From the NCBI GenBank assembly GCA_951406725.2, contig OX597814.1, positions 183,458,001-183,522,000 on the forward strand: a stretch of DNA of 64,000 bases, given 5' to 3'. A program made the translations under genes and the position numbers. Origin of the DNA: Octopus vulgaris. Its lineage: Eukaryota. Each line of letters opens with the position of its first letter. Position 1 is the stretch's first letter. Below, piece by piece: positions 14,446-27,400 of the stretch. The notes beneath the pieces were generated by a model. It was not told the origin of the DNA, ran no database searches, and saw nothing but the letters and a program-made list of their open reading frames with translations.

Positions 14446-15361
14446 TATATGTTGTGTTCTGGTTTAATTTTCAGATTTCAGTCTCTCTATTTCTTTAAAT
14501 ATTCACATTTTTACTGAGTTTGCCTCTTGGTGTAAAGATTTCATTACTATTAATACTATTACTGCCACTAAGGCGGTGAGCTAGCAAAACTATTAGCACG
14601 CCCGGACAAAGTGCTTAACGGCATTTAAAAATGCTTTTTGTCTTTAGGTTCTGAACTCAAATTCCATCAAGGTCAACATTATCTTTTGTAGCACTGAGAT
14701 CGATGTTATATGAGCAAGTAACCCAATACAATATCCCCGAATTTCAAGCCTTGTGCTTTTAGCAGAAAGGATTATAATTAATACCATTAATATCTAATGC
14801 ACTGGGAATATTGTATTGGGTTACTTGCTCATATAGAGTAACTTCCAATCCACCACATACGTTTATTCTAATACTTTCTTCAACTATAGTTTAAGAATAT
14901 TTGCCAGATCCCCTTAAATAATAGCAGACAGTGTCTGGAACCCCATTCTTTACCAAGTAAAGATGATCCATCTTTCATCGTCCTAATACTGTGAAAGTAA
15001 AGTTAATTGAGTATTAAGTGCCGCTTAGGTTTTAAGTATTATTTAAAAATATTATGTTTTTAAATTCAAATTATTCTTTGGAAATCTTTCACGATGTCAT
15101 GCTTAACACGTCTGATAATGTATTATTTTTTATCTTTAGAGGATTATATCTGCAGCCAAAAGCTGATTTCCTTATATTCAGAACCGTGATCAGCCAGATT
15201 ATCTGGAAGCCTGTGCACACGTACAAGGATTTGTTCAGTTCGTTATTTATTTCAGAGATATAAGACGGAACATCCATCTATTCATAAAAAATAACAAACA
15301 TTCTTAAATGTTACTCACAATACCATCACCACGGCTACGACCATGACTACAATCACGACTA

Positions 15362-15668
15362 GTGGAGGCACATGCCCGAGTGGTTGCAGCAGCGGACTCG
15401 GGGTCGAGGGATCGCGGGTTCGAATCTCAGACCGGGCAATGTGTGCATTTATGAGCGAAATACCTAAGCTCTACGCGTCTCCGGCAGAAGGTAATGGCGA
15501 GCTTCTGCTGACTCTTTCGCCACAACTTTCTCTCCCTCTTTCCTCCTGCATCTTGCAGCTCACCTGCGACGGACCGGCGTCCCATCCAGGTGGGAAACCT
15601 ATACGCCAAGGAATCCGGGAAACCGGCCCTTATGAGCCAGGCATGGCTCCAGAAGGAAAAAACAACAA
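15362..15668 (+). mobile_element. SINE family B, tail type 3
   Basis: tRNA-like head GTGGAGGCACATG..AGTGG..GGGTTCGAATC; tail GGAAACCGGCCCTTATGAGCCAGGCATGGCTC + (AAC)n. Confidence 0.9.
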
Positions 15669-16292
15669 TCATGATGAGGACTACGACCATCACCACTACC
15701 ATCGTCATCCCCACTACCACAAAGGCAACAATGAGAAAACTTACATATTCGTGATTTTGGAAAATATTCAAAACAAGAACATAGGTCGGTTGTTGGTTCT
15801 TAGTATCAGGTTAGCCCTTATCGTGGCAGATTTATGATCAAAAGCATATCAGTCGTTCCCATCGAGTCTCTTTAGGTACATTATGAGTACATTAGCTAAC
15901 GTGTCGTTTCGTAATTGAAGAGAGTAAAAGTATGTTTTCAACATTGCTATTTCAATACAGACTGAATAAACAAGTAGTTCCAATGTCGGATCGATATATA
16001 TTAGTGAACTGCAACACTGGCAATATGGTATTGACTTTTAGGCAAGGAATACAAAAGTTACTCCACAATTATTAAGTTAAACAACCGATATATATTTTTT
16101 ACGTTAAAATGGTTCCCTTTGTTGACCAATGGCCTCGCTAGTGACGTATGATTATTTCGATAAACACTTTTGCTATACTAAAAAGTAATAATCACAAAAT
16201 ATTTTTAACCTCCTACTTTACTGTGATTCTTATATATATATGTGTGTGTGCACGTGTGTGTGTATGTGCTTATATATGTATAATATATCATA

Positions 16293-16682
16293 TACTCTTT
16301 ACTCTCTTTTACTTGTTTCAGTCATTTGACTGTGGCCATGCTGGAGCACCGCCTTCAGTCGAGCAAATCGACCCCAGGACTTATTCTTTGTAAACCTAGT
16401 ACTTATTCTATCGGTCTCTTATGCCGAACTGCTAAGTTACGGCGATGTAAACACACCACCATCTGTTGTCAAGCGATGTTGGGGGGACAAACACAGACAC
16501 ACAAACATACACAGGCACACACACATATATACGATAGGCTTCTTTCGGTTTCCGTCTACCAAATCCACCCAAACGGTCCGAGGCTATAATAGAAGACACT
16601 TGGCCAAGGTGCCACGCAGTGGGACTGAACCCGGAAACATATGGTTGGTAAGCAAGCTACTTACCACACTGCCACTCCTACG

Positions 16683-16684
<2 letters not shown>
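16293..16684 (-). mobile_element. SINE family A
   Basis: Full-length reverse-complement copy. Confidence 0.9.
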
Positions 16685-16723
<39 letters not shown>

Positions 16724-16729
<6 letters not shown>

Positions 16730-17600
16730 TACAAAATATAAAGTTATATCTTGAGTGACAACAACGCTCAAGATATACAACGGACTGGAAATAGAAGTGC
16801 TCTAATGAGCTGTATACACTTTTTTATCCGAGGGTAGGCAATGCGAGCAACAACCACAGTAACATCACAAAATCCACAGATAGACCAAACACATACACAT
16901 CTTCATATACTCATTTATACCTATAAAGCCCGACATTAAAAAATAAAAAAATTTAGTAACATATAAATAAATCATATAAAATATAAATTTTGCATATAAC
17001 ACCTTGAGTTTACGCTTAAAACATTTAGTATAAATTTGCTACAATAAGAGAAATAAATATAATAATAATTTATTTTATAATAAATAAAAATAAAGCATAC
17101 AATGGCATATTAAAAGACGAATTAAAATTCTAGCGAAATGTACATAGAAGATACTAATTATACAAGTTTACAAGAATATAAGTGTACAAAGATACACAGA
17201 AGTCCATCTACGGGCCGTTTCGGAGATGTGCCAATTAATTCTAGACATTTCATATACTTAAAATTGGCACTCCCCTCATCAGGATGTCCCATACATACAA
17301 CACATAGTAAACGTGAACAAATACACAATCACATACCGGCCATATTCAGAACATAGACATTTCAAAGTCCCAGAAATTTTTCTTCGATCCTGAATGCTAC
17401 TTTATACGCATATACTTCGATCCATCTGCCATAGTAAATTGTATGCACACAGCATATTATGTATCATGCAAGCCTGAAACGTACGTATTAAATGATATCA
17501 AAATAATGGTTTGATTTCATTATTACAGCTAATACGACTCGATGCCTGTACAAATAAGACCGTCTTGACCTACTTATGCAAAAACTTTAACAACGATTTC
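16724..17600 (-). mobile_element. Penelope-like / retrozyme-like element carrying a hammerhead
   Basis: Starts at a TA run, AT-rich, non-coding, contains a canonical hammerhead; boundaries uncertain. Confidence 0.5.
17205..17286 (-). ncRNA. Type I hammerhead ribozyme, canonical core
   Basis: Minus strand CATC-CTGATGA-GGGGAGTGCCAATT(loop)AATTGGCACATCTCC-GAAA-CG(GCC)CG-TA-GATG: all three stems pair, core intact, GUA cleavage triplet. Confidence 0.88.
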
Positions 17601-17894
17601 GAGTAATGTTATATTTGAATCGAGTCGAATATTCTGGTAGCAAGCACCGTTTCATAGCCTAACACGAAGTAGTCAGAGGCACAGCAGACACACACATGCA
17701 CACTCACACAGACGCACGCACACACACACACACACACACACATACAAATGTGTATGTGTGTGCGTGTATATATATATATATATATATATATAGAGGACAT
17801 TATATATACATGCCACACGCTAAGAGGGACAATTAGTCATACCAAATGTATATATATATATATATACATACTTACATTATATACATACAAACAT

Positions 17895-18190
17895 TGAGAG
17901 CGTTTATTGAGCGAAAACACCTAAAGTTCCACGATCTCCGGAAGAGTGTGACGGAGAACACTGTTGTATTCTTTCAGCATAACTTTCTCTCACTCTTTCT
18001 TCCTGTTTCTCTTGTACCTGTATTTCAAAGGGCCAGCCTTGTCACACTCTGTGTCATGCTGAGTCTTCCCAAGAACTAAGAGTACACGTGTCTGTGGAGT
18101 GCTCAGCCACTTGCACGTTAATTTTACGAGCAGGCTGTTCCGTTGATCGGATCAACTGGAACCCACGTCGTCGTAACCGACGGAGAGCCA
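17895..18190 (+). mobile_element. SINE family B, tail type 1, 5'-truncated
   Basis: GTTTATTGAGCGAAAACACCTAAAG...GATCAACTGGAACC..CGTAACCGACGGAG. Confidence 0.85.
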
Positions 18191-18360
18191 CGTAATATAT
18201 ATGCACACACATTTATTAAATGCAATCACATACAGAAATATTAACTCGTCATGTGTATGTTACACTTGCTCGTTAAAAATGCAACTGCTTACTGGAGTCC
18301 GTTTTTACCGTGGTATCAGTGCTATGACCTTACTTTTGGCTAAAATATATGCAAAATATA

Positions 18361-18522
18361 GGCGCAAGAGTGGCTGTGTGGTAAGTAGCTTGCTTACCAA
18401 CCACATGGTTCCGGGTTCAGTCCCACTGCGTGGCACCTTGGGCAAGTGTCTTCTGCTATAGCCTCGGGCCGACCAATGCCTTGTGAGTGAATTTGGTAGA
18501 CGGAAACTGAAAGAAGCCTGTC

Positions 18523-18594
<72 letters not shown>

Positions 18595-18750
18595 ATGTTT
18601 GTGTGTCTGTGTTTGTCACCCTAGCATTGCTTGACAACCGATGCTGGTGTGTTTACGTCCCCGTCACTTGGCGGTTCAGCAAAACAGACCGATAGAATAA
18701 GTACTGGGCTTACAAAGAATAAGTCCTGGGGTCGATTTACCTCGACTAAA
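18361..18750 (+). mobile_element. SINE family A (tail missing)
   Basis: Match to other family A copies. Confidence 0.9.
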
Positions 18751-18789
18751 GACATTTGATGGGTGCCTCAGATCCAGTGGACATTCTGC

Positions 18790-19041
18790 TCGTTGAATTA
18801 ACATGCAAGTGGCTGAGCAGTCCACAGACACGCGTTCCCTTAATGTAATTCTCAAGGAGATTCCGCGCGACACAGTGTGTGACAAGGCTGGCTCTTTGAA
18901 ATACAGGTACTACTCATTTTTGCCAGTTGAGTCGACTGATTAAAGTAACATACTCAAGGACACAACACGTCACCGGAAATCGAACTGGTGACCTTACGAT
19001 CGTGCGTGAATACCCCTAATCACTAAGCCATTTGCCTTCAC
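18790..19041 (-). mobile_element. SINE: family C head with type 1 tail
   Basis: Reverse-complement match to 52194-52517. Confidence 0.75.
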
Positions 19042-19067
19042 GCTTCATCAACAAGAACACTAATACC

Positions 19068-19304
19068 TATTTCTTTACTACCCACAAGGGGCTAAACACA
19101 GAGGGGACAAACAAGGACTGACAAACGGATTAAGTCGATTATATCGACCTCAGTGCGTAACTGGTACTTAATTTATCAACCCCGAAAGGATGAAAGGCAA
19201 AGTCGACCTTGGCGGAATTTGAACTCGGAACGTAACGGCAGACGAAATACGGCTACGCATTTTGCCCAGCGTGCTAATGTTTCTGCCAGCTCGCCGCCTT
19301 AAAC
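19068..19304 (-). mobile_element. SINE family D with 12-bp TSD AACACTAATACC
   Basis: TSD at 19056-19067 and 19305-19316. Confidence 0.92.
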
Positions 19305-19390
19305 AACACTAATACCGTCATCTTAAATTCCCTTAAATACATAGAGTTCGACCGATCTGTTTCAAAGTTAGATAATTCGTACATTCAACC

Positions 19391-19610
19391 TACGAGGGAG
19401 TGCTGAAAATTTCTGGCTTTGTGTAAAAGGAAATGCTGGAGGATCAGTTAACTATGATTTTATTCAACATTTTCCTCTCTCACCTTCGCGTTCTTATTGC
19501 AGCGGTCCTTCAATTTTTTAAACCCTGTAAAAGAACTCGGAATGCTAGGCCTCCAACCAGGCCTTTCGCGACACCCTTAAAACCAAAGCTTTTCAGCATC
19601 CTCTCCTCTA
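19391..19610. mobile_element. Mariner-type MITE
   Basis: TA|CGAGGGAGTGCTGAAAA at left, imperfect inverted copy TTTTCAGCATCCTCTC..TA at right. Confidence 0.65.
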
Positions 19611-20147
19611 TAATGTTAAATAAGCTATATAACTAAAGTATTCGGTACATCTTTTCTTGTCTAATAGCCTGTCATTGAATAACTATTATGAATAATTATT
19701 ACAATGCGTCTGACTAAACAGTGGTGGCAAAGCAGAATACTGGATATACGAAAAATATACTCGTTTACTTTCTTTTTTTTTTGTTTCCTGTTTTTGTTTA
19801 AATATCCTTGCATTCCAGCGATGTTTGAAGGCAGAATGAATTGTCGGGAATAACGCCATTTTGATGTTATACCGTTATCTTTCCCATTATTTCACAATTG
19901 AATATTACACCTTACAGATTTTATTGACAAAAAGAGTAAATAAAAATGAAAAAAAAAGAACTAGAACTAGAGAGAGTGAAAAACTGAAAATGAGTGATAT
20001 ATATATATTCACAACGACCTCGAACACACAAGTGCAAACAAGGGAAAAAGAGAAAGGCAGAATGCCACTTATATTTGAACACTATAAAAATATTCCTTTA
20101 AAAAAACTTTTCTTTTAATTTTTCTAAATTTTATTATTTAATCGTTA

Positions 20148-20185
20148 CAGTTGAAAATGTCTCAAAATGACCGTAACCGGTACTG
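20148..20185 (+). ncRNA. Variant minimal hammerhead motif (U3:A8 core; GUAA in place of GAAA)
   Basis: CAG-TTGAAAA-TGTC(tcaaaat)GACC-GTAA-CCGG-TA-CTG; palindromic stem III ACCGGT. Confidence 0.4.
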
Positions 20186-20282
20186 AAATGTTCTTTATAA
20201 AATTATTTTAGCATTTTCTATCTTGACTTGTTTTTTCATATATATCAACTCGTGTGTTCCTTTTCACCCTTATACACACACA

Positions 20283-20377
<95 letters not shown>

Positions 20378-20378
<1 letters not shown>

Positions 20379-20982
20379 ACTTATAAATATTTTTTCGTTT
20401 GCCCTTATTTATAAGTTGTTTATAAAATTAACCTTTAAAGGTATTTTTTAATATTCTGGCCATTGATAAAATTTGTTTTTCGAAAAAAATCATATCCTAC
20501 ATTAAATATAATTTTAATAGTGTTCACTTCCGGACTCCCTCAGTCTGTGAGAGCCTCAGTTCAAATCGCACGTCTCTCAAATGGGCTGGATAATTTCTAA
20601 TTTGGAAGTATTTAGGGTACTTAATTGTGCTCATGACTTAGTGTTTGCTTCTTCCATGCGTATGAGTAAGAATCTCATTTATTTCTTTGCTACATTTATC
20701 ACTGACGAAGAGAGGGTTCTTACGAACTAACCCTGAAATCGGTCTGATGTGGTAATAATGGAATTTTTTAGAAATTTCTGTCGACCTTTTTTGAGTAGCG
20801 TGCGTATTGTGAAAAAATTATTATGGTTATGGACAATGTGTCTAATTTCGGCATATTTCGCATTAGAAATTTTTTCCGTTTGCCCTTATTTATAAGTTGT
20901 TTATAAAATTAACCTTTAAAGGTAGTTTTTAATATGCTGGCCATTGATAAAAAAATTTTTTCGAAAAAATTTTATCCTACAT

Positions 20983-20990
<8 letters not shown>
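20378..20990 (+). mobile_element. Penelope/retrozyme-like unit with ~115-bp terminal direct repeats (period ~480 bp)
   Basis: ~20391-20508 is repeated at ~20872-20990; TA microsatellite on both sides; internal hammerhead motif. Confidence 0.7.
20688..20754 (+). ncRNA. Hammerhead motif with 4-nt insertion after the core
   Basis: ATCA-CTGACGA-agag-AGGGTT(cttacgaact)AACCCT-GAAA-TCGG-TC-TGAT; stem I extends TGCTAC/GTGGTA past a bulge. Confidence 0.6.
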
Positions 20991-21039
<49 letters not shown>

Positions 21040-21850
21040 TTATGCACATATTCACACCGAGAGAAAGAAAGAGGAGATGAGAGGAGACAGGAAAGGAAGA
21101 TGAAATTTAAGTAATTTTGACTGCGATAACGTAGTTTAGTGATGTTTAATGTAAATCTAGCCATACACATGATAATCATCCCGTAAATTGAAAGAGAGAT
21201 TGGTGCTTATATTGCAAAATATTCTGGAAAGGGAGTGGCATTGCTAGAGGAGAGACGTGGCAGCATCTCCAAAATGGATTCCAGAGACTCTGGAAAGGAT
21301 GATGTATTGAATAAAGAATGATAATTTGGGCACGTTTATGCTAATTTTATTTTAAAAGTATCAGGCGCTGATATTTGCACAAGTTTTACTCGTTCGTAGT
21401 CAACACGGTAATTGGGTCTTGAGGCTTGTGATAGGATCAACATCATTATCGTCGTCGTTGTAGTCGTCATCGCTGTTGTCGTCGTCGTCGTCATCAGCAG
21501 CAGTAACAGCAGTAGCAGCAGCAGCATCAAGGGTGGCTTCTCGGTGTCAACTTTTTATCGTGATTGGCATGAAGAGTGCCAACACGTCAGCAACAGCATT
21601 CTCTTCTGATTAAAATACCGAAAATGGTTAGGGAGAGTATTTCATTGCTGACGGTGATGGAGACATGAACAATTTAACATGTTTCAAAGTGGAATCTAGG
21701 AGCTTAATGGTGGACAAGACGAGTCGAGGAGAGAAGAGATTTAACAACAAAACAAGATCACCAGTAACACAAACATCCCTACAACCGTCACCGCTACCAT
21801 TATCAATATCAGCAGCAATAGCAGATACGACAAGAGCAACAACAGCAGAA

Positions 21851-22342
21851 GTGGAGGCGCAATGGCCCAGTGGTCATGGCAGCAGACTCGCGGTCGTAAG
21901 AACGAGGTTTCCATTCCCAGACCGGGCATTGTGAATGTTTATTGAGCAAAAATACCTAAGCTCCACGAGGCTCCAGCGGGATGTGGTGGTGAACCCCGCT
22001 GTACTGTTTCACCACAGCTTTCTCTCACTCTTTCTTCCTACTTCTGCCACAAAGTAGAGGAACCATGGTGTAACCCACTATGGTGTGGTAGACTTTCAGA
22101 CCCTAGTCTAGATTACGAATCCTCTGTACCCCAGGATGGTTCAGCTCTCCACTCGTTAAAAAAGCCACCGTTTACGGAAAGAGGATAACAACGCAGCTTT
22201 CGCGCCCGAGCCACCGCCAGTCTATCGCGTGTGGTGGGTGAATATTCAAGTTGCTACACGCATTCTTAGTAGCTTAGAGTAGGCTCGAATTAGAGTTTAT
22301 TCTTTGTGGCTAATGGCGTCAGTCCTGATTGGAAGGAGAAGA
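21851..22342 (+). mobile_element. SINE family B, tail type 4
   Basis: B head plus a ~300-bp module also present at 53863-54351. Confidence 0.85.
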
Positions 22343-22639
22343 CAGCAGCAACAGCAAACGTATTAGCGTCATCGTCATCGCTGTCATCATCATCAGCATC
22401 ATTACCACCAGCAGCAGTCGTAGAGCTGACCATCACCACTACTAATTCCCTCGTGTCGTCCGATTCAGACTTTCATTTTCTTGGTTTTAAATTTCACGTT
22501 TCTTCGTTGGACTTTCTTCTCATAGTCTAGACTTAAACAAGAAGCAGTACGAAACGAACATGCGAGAAAAAGAAACCCATCTGTTTTGGAGATGCTGTTT
22601 AATATGATAGGTACTTTATATAGTTCTGATGTATTAATG

Positions 22640-22960
22640 TTGGTTTCAAAGTCTGTTAGAAGGCAAGCAATTTCGGGGATTGGGGTAAGTCGATTACATC
22701 GACACCAGTGCTCAACTGGTACTTTATTTTATCGAAACCGAGAGGATTAATGGCAAAGTCGACCACTGCGGAATTTGAACGCAACGCAAAATATAATGAG
22801 TCTTAACATTAATATTGATTTCAAATTTTGGCACAAGGCAAACAGTTTCGGGGGACGGGATAAATCAATTACATCGACCCCAGTGCTCAACTGGTATCTA
22901 TTTTATCGACCCAGAAAGGATGAAAAGCAAATTCAACCTCGGCAGAATTTGAACTCAGGA
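22640..22960 (-). mobile_element. Two family D fragments
   Basis: Two ACATCGAC..CAGTGCTCAACTGGTA..TTTTATCGA..GAATTTGAAC units. Confidence 0.75.
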
Positions 22961-23033
22961 AGTAATGTGTCCTGACATATCAATATTAATATTTCATATC
23001 ATCAGTCTTCATACGGTATTTTACGTTAATTGT

Positions 23034-23323
23034 TGTTGTTGTTTGTTTGTTTGTTCCTTCTTGAGCCATGCCTGGCTCATAAGGGCCGGTTTCCCGAATT
23101 CCTTAGCGTATAGGTTCCCCACCTGGACCGGACGCCGGTCCGTCGCAGGTGAGCTGCAAGAGGAAAGAGTGAGAGAAAGTTGTGGTGAAAGAGTCGGTAG
23201 AAGTTCGCCATTACTTTCTGCCGGAGTTGCTCATAAACACACTCATCGCGCGGTCTGAGATTCGAACCCGCGATCTCTCGACCGCGAGTCCGCTGCTCTG
23301 ACCACTAGGCCATGTGCCTCCAC
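23034..23323 (-). mobile_element. SINE family B, tail type 3, 12-bp TSD TACGTTAATTGT
   Basis: TSD at 23022-23033 and 23324-23335. Confidence 0.92.
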
Positions 23324-23905
23324 TACGTTAATTGTAACGGAATACCAATATACATTTTCTAACTGAAGCTAGCTAAAACAAATTTTACGTGTTCTAATCC
23401 ATGTTATTTAATTCACTAGTATAATAAATTTTAATTAAGTGAGAAAAGGCATATCAAGCATTGTTTGGGATGACTAATTCATTACAGGTGATCAAAGATT
23501 AGCACAGTGTGGTCTGTCTTCATTGCCTGCGATGAACTGGGTTGTGAATACAGCGAGATACCTGCATACTGAGAAAGAACTTGTGTTTTGAGTTCTTGCA
23601 TTGACGAAGCGTAATAACGAAGTAAATCGCAATAATGAAGCAAGCCGGTATAAATCCATAAATAAATATATAAATACATATTCTGTAAGCACTGATATTT
23701 TTTTAGGTTTCCATATTATCGGAATATATTGCCAAATATTGTATCTTAATATTAATAGAAGCCGTGATTTGATTTTAATGGAATAATAGATTGAAAACAA
23801 GGTAAGTGTATTTAATATACATTACGTATTATCGATATTGCAATAGAGGAGACATTCAAATTGGTTTCAATAACGTGAATATTTATTTCCCATATAACCA
23901 ATGGG

Positions 23906-23958
<53 letters not shown>

Positions 23959-26900
23959 TTTAGATCTTGTATTAATGGCATCCTAAAACTTCTCTTTTAG
24001 TTGGTGATGTGGCTTGAGAACATACGAGAATTTGTTTAGGAAATTTTGTTTAGTGTTTTAATAACAGGATGAATATTAATTTTCTTTCGGCTTATTGTAA
24101 CAATTTATTTAGATTTTTATTGTTATTTGTGTGATTTGTTTTTGTCTGTAGAAAAACCCAATACTTTCTGAAGAATATTAGAAAATATTTTATAAAATTA
24201 CCCCATCTAATAAAATATTCAGTCTTAGCTTAAACTCTCAACTGATAAAACAAACTGATAAAACAAATGCCTTCGTTTCAGTTACATACTTTATTAATTC
24301 TCGAATGAAGACGAAGTAGTCTTTTATCTTTTTGCAATCCTTTACAGCTGGTTTGGTAATATTTGGCTATCTGCAATAGTTACTACACATCTGCCTTCGA
24401 TAGATAATCCGGTTCTTATAAGAATCGAACCTATTGTCTCATATTTCATCGTCTAGCATACGTGTAATTGTGTGGCAAGAACAGAGGGATACTATGCCGC
24501 TTGTAGTCATGGCCATTGAAGGAGATGAAACCAATACAGTTATTAAGGTATCTAATTAATCAATTTCGTAGTGCTGTCGCTTCATAAGGCTGGGATCAAA
24601 ACAATTTCACTCTTTCGTATCTGCTTTGATAATCATAGACAAACAGCGCTGTATACAGACATCATACTCTCTGAAGGTTGTCATAAGAATGTGTAATATT
24701 GATTACGTCATAGGAGGTACACAGTAGCATGTGAAGACATATGATAATGTATCTCTCAGGCGTCACTATGTGGTGATAAGTTTGTTTTCCAACTAAACAG
24801 TTCCAGGTTCAGTCTTACAACACAGCGCCTCGGGCAAGTGGCTACAACTATAGCTGCAAATCGACCAAAACCGTGTGAGTAGATTTAGTGGACAGAAATT
24901 GAAAGAGGTCTGTCGTGTGTGTCTATGTGTATTGGTATTTGAGTGATTGAAAGGGTGTATGTATGTATAACACTTCACAATTAGTATTGGTTTGTTTCCA
25001 TCCTTGTGACACACAATGAATATGCAAGCAGTGTGTGTTATCAATTGCAATTTGTAAATTTTGAGGTTCAGTTTTGCTATAAAATTGATAAAATTAAGTC
25101 ATTTCTTCGGCTCCCACACACACACACACACTCTCTCTCTCTCTCTTTAACCTTCCACTTGTCTGTATACATACATACACACGTGCAAACACATGCTCAC
25201 ACAGACAAATGCATAGGTATATGTCTGCGAATGTCTGTGTGTATGTAGTGCTGATGTGTCGGTAGAGTCGTGTGTGTGTGTGTGGGTTGAGTTTCTCTCA
25301 GATAGCCTCTTTGTTACAGTTTGATACTAAATGATACCTCACAAATCCATAACCAAGAAACAATCATAAAATCAATGCTATCATCACTCCAGTTTTGTTC
25401 ATATCCGCGTAACCACGTATGCGTAAATTTAGAGCGCTGTATTTGTGCGTATTTCTCATTTATTATTAATGTAATCTAAAGTAGTTCTGCTATGAGTAGT
25501 CTCTTTAAGACTGGGTAGAATTTGAACTCTAGAATTGGTATATAGACAAACATTATTCCTGAAACTTGTCACTTCATATTACAGGATATACGACTTGACA
25601 ATTGTAACCCACCTTTTAAACAGAAGGTTAAGAGAATAACGGAAAGTTGCGATGGAAGTCTATTAGTCACTGAATCGATTTGTAACCTCATTGATTAAAC
25701 TCCGCTAATGTTCTTCAGACATAAATTTTGAAGCATAAACATTATAGATTTGTTGCCTTCTGTTCTGCGTCCATTATTCCATAGTTATTGTCTCAGTAGA
25801 GGCAGTTCTCTGTAGCCAGCCTTCTTCATTAACTAACACCCAATGCTTTCCGATAAGAAATCTTTTATTAGAAGCATATCAGTTGTCCATGACATCTTTG
25901 AGAAATTACATTAATAGAATTACAATAGCGGAATGACTATGATGTCAACTTCTTCGTGTCTGTGTTTTGATTTTATTAGTTATCAAAGATGTTTGCTATT
26001 CTTCGGAAAGATATTAGACTTGTTAGCCTTCTCGCTTTAAATGCTTGGAACTAGAGAACTATTAGTGAGTTAGTTCGATGGGAAGGTATTTGACTAACTC
26101 GATAATTTAAGTGATTATGAAGGTTACACTTTTGATTTCGAATATCATGAGGTCTGATATATGTTGTTGAATGGAATTTGGTTATTATAAATCAGTTCCC
26201 ACTTCCTCTTATCGTATAATATGATATGGACGAGCTGTTCGATTGTTAACACATGTTCAATCCGTTCCGTCTAAATGTTTACCATATATATTCATATTGT
26301 AGATGCAATGAAATATCTGTATATTTTTTAGCACTAAGATTCGCGTAGAGGGGAGCTGCCTTAATGTAGATACAACTGTTGTTTAGATACATCACTTGAC
26401 CAGATTCATGGAAATAATGAAATAATTCTCTTGTTTTGGTGCATTGCTATTAACGGGAAGCCCGAACTACTTAATTTTGTAAGAAAATAGTGATGCCATG
26501 TCTTAGTTAAACATGTTTTAGCACGTGTTTAAAATTATTCCTAGTATATTTCTACTATATAAATTTTATATTATAAGTTGGACAAGAGAGGGAGACTGAA
26601 ATAGCGGATGGCCAGTCTAAACAACAAAAGGTTGATTTTTGTGAACCGAGTGTAAGGCTTGCAACTGACTCCTTGCTACTTATGGTACCCAAATCTTTGG
26701 TGCTGGTATTCAATAACAAGGCACGTTAGTTCTGCTACAAAGTTAGGGCATTATTGTGACGGAAAAAACACCCCCAGATCTATTACGTTCACAAACGGAT
26801 TAAGTTTGTACATGTAAACCACGAAGAAAGAAGATTCGTAAAGTTGTTTTTTTAGTTTTCTTATGTTCTTTGACCTTTAATTTAGAACCTTGCTTCAAAC

Positions 26901-27099
26901 GTCTCAATCCTCCTTCTTTCGCGGCGCATACATACGCTCACCCAAACAAACTAACATATGCATTCATACGTACATACTTGTTCTGCTTTTTGAACTTTAC
27001 AAAACTAATAAATGTGAATGTTTTCCATCTAGTCCCATCGACAGTTTTCTTTTCAATTTTGTTTCTGGTAAGATAGCAGATAAGTAACAGTGGGTTGAT

Positions 27100-27400
27100 A
27101 TTTACAGGTCCTCCCAAAAGAGCAAGATTGATGCAGATGATTTTGGTTTGGTCAGTTCGATATCTATAGGATAGATACCGTATGATGCTTCTAGAATCTC
27201 AGTGAATAGATTTGGTGTGTGCTTGGTATGAAAGGTTTGAACTGTCAGTGGTTGACTTGTGTGTGCTGAAGTTTAATGATAAGTGAAGCGCAGTATCATT
27301 TGCATAGGACTGTATAGTGGCAGCCAGTGCAGAGGACGAAGTTTAAATGAATATTGGCAGCCAGTGCAACCAGTTTCGAAGTTTAAATGAATATTGGTGA
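27100..27400 (-). mobile_element. Decayed LINE reverse-transcriptase fragment
   Basis: Minus strand ATIQSYANDTALHLS (YADD box mutated to YAND at 27295-27306). Confidence 0.55.

Noticed and set aside
15343-15837. 164-aa ORF, the longest in the track
   Set aside because: Runs through a family B SINE and CAC/CAT repeats
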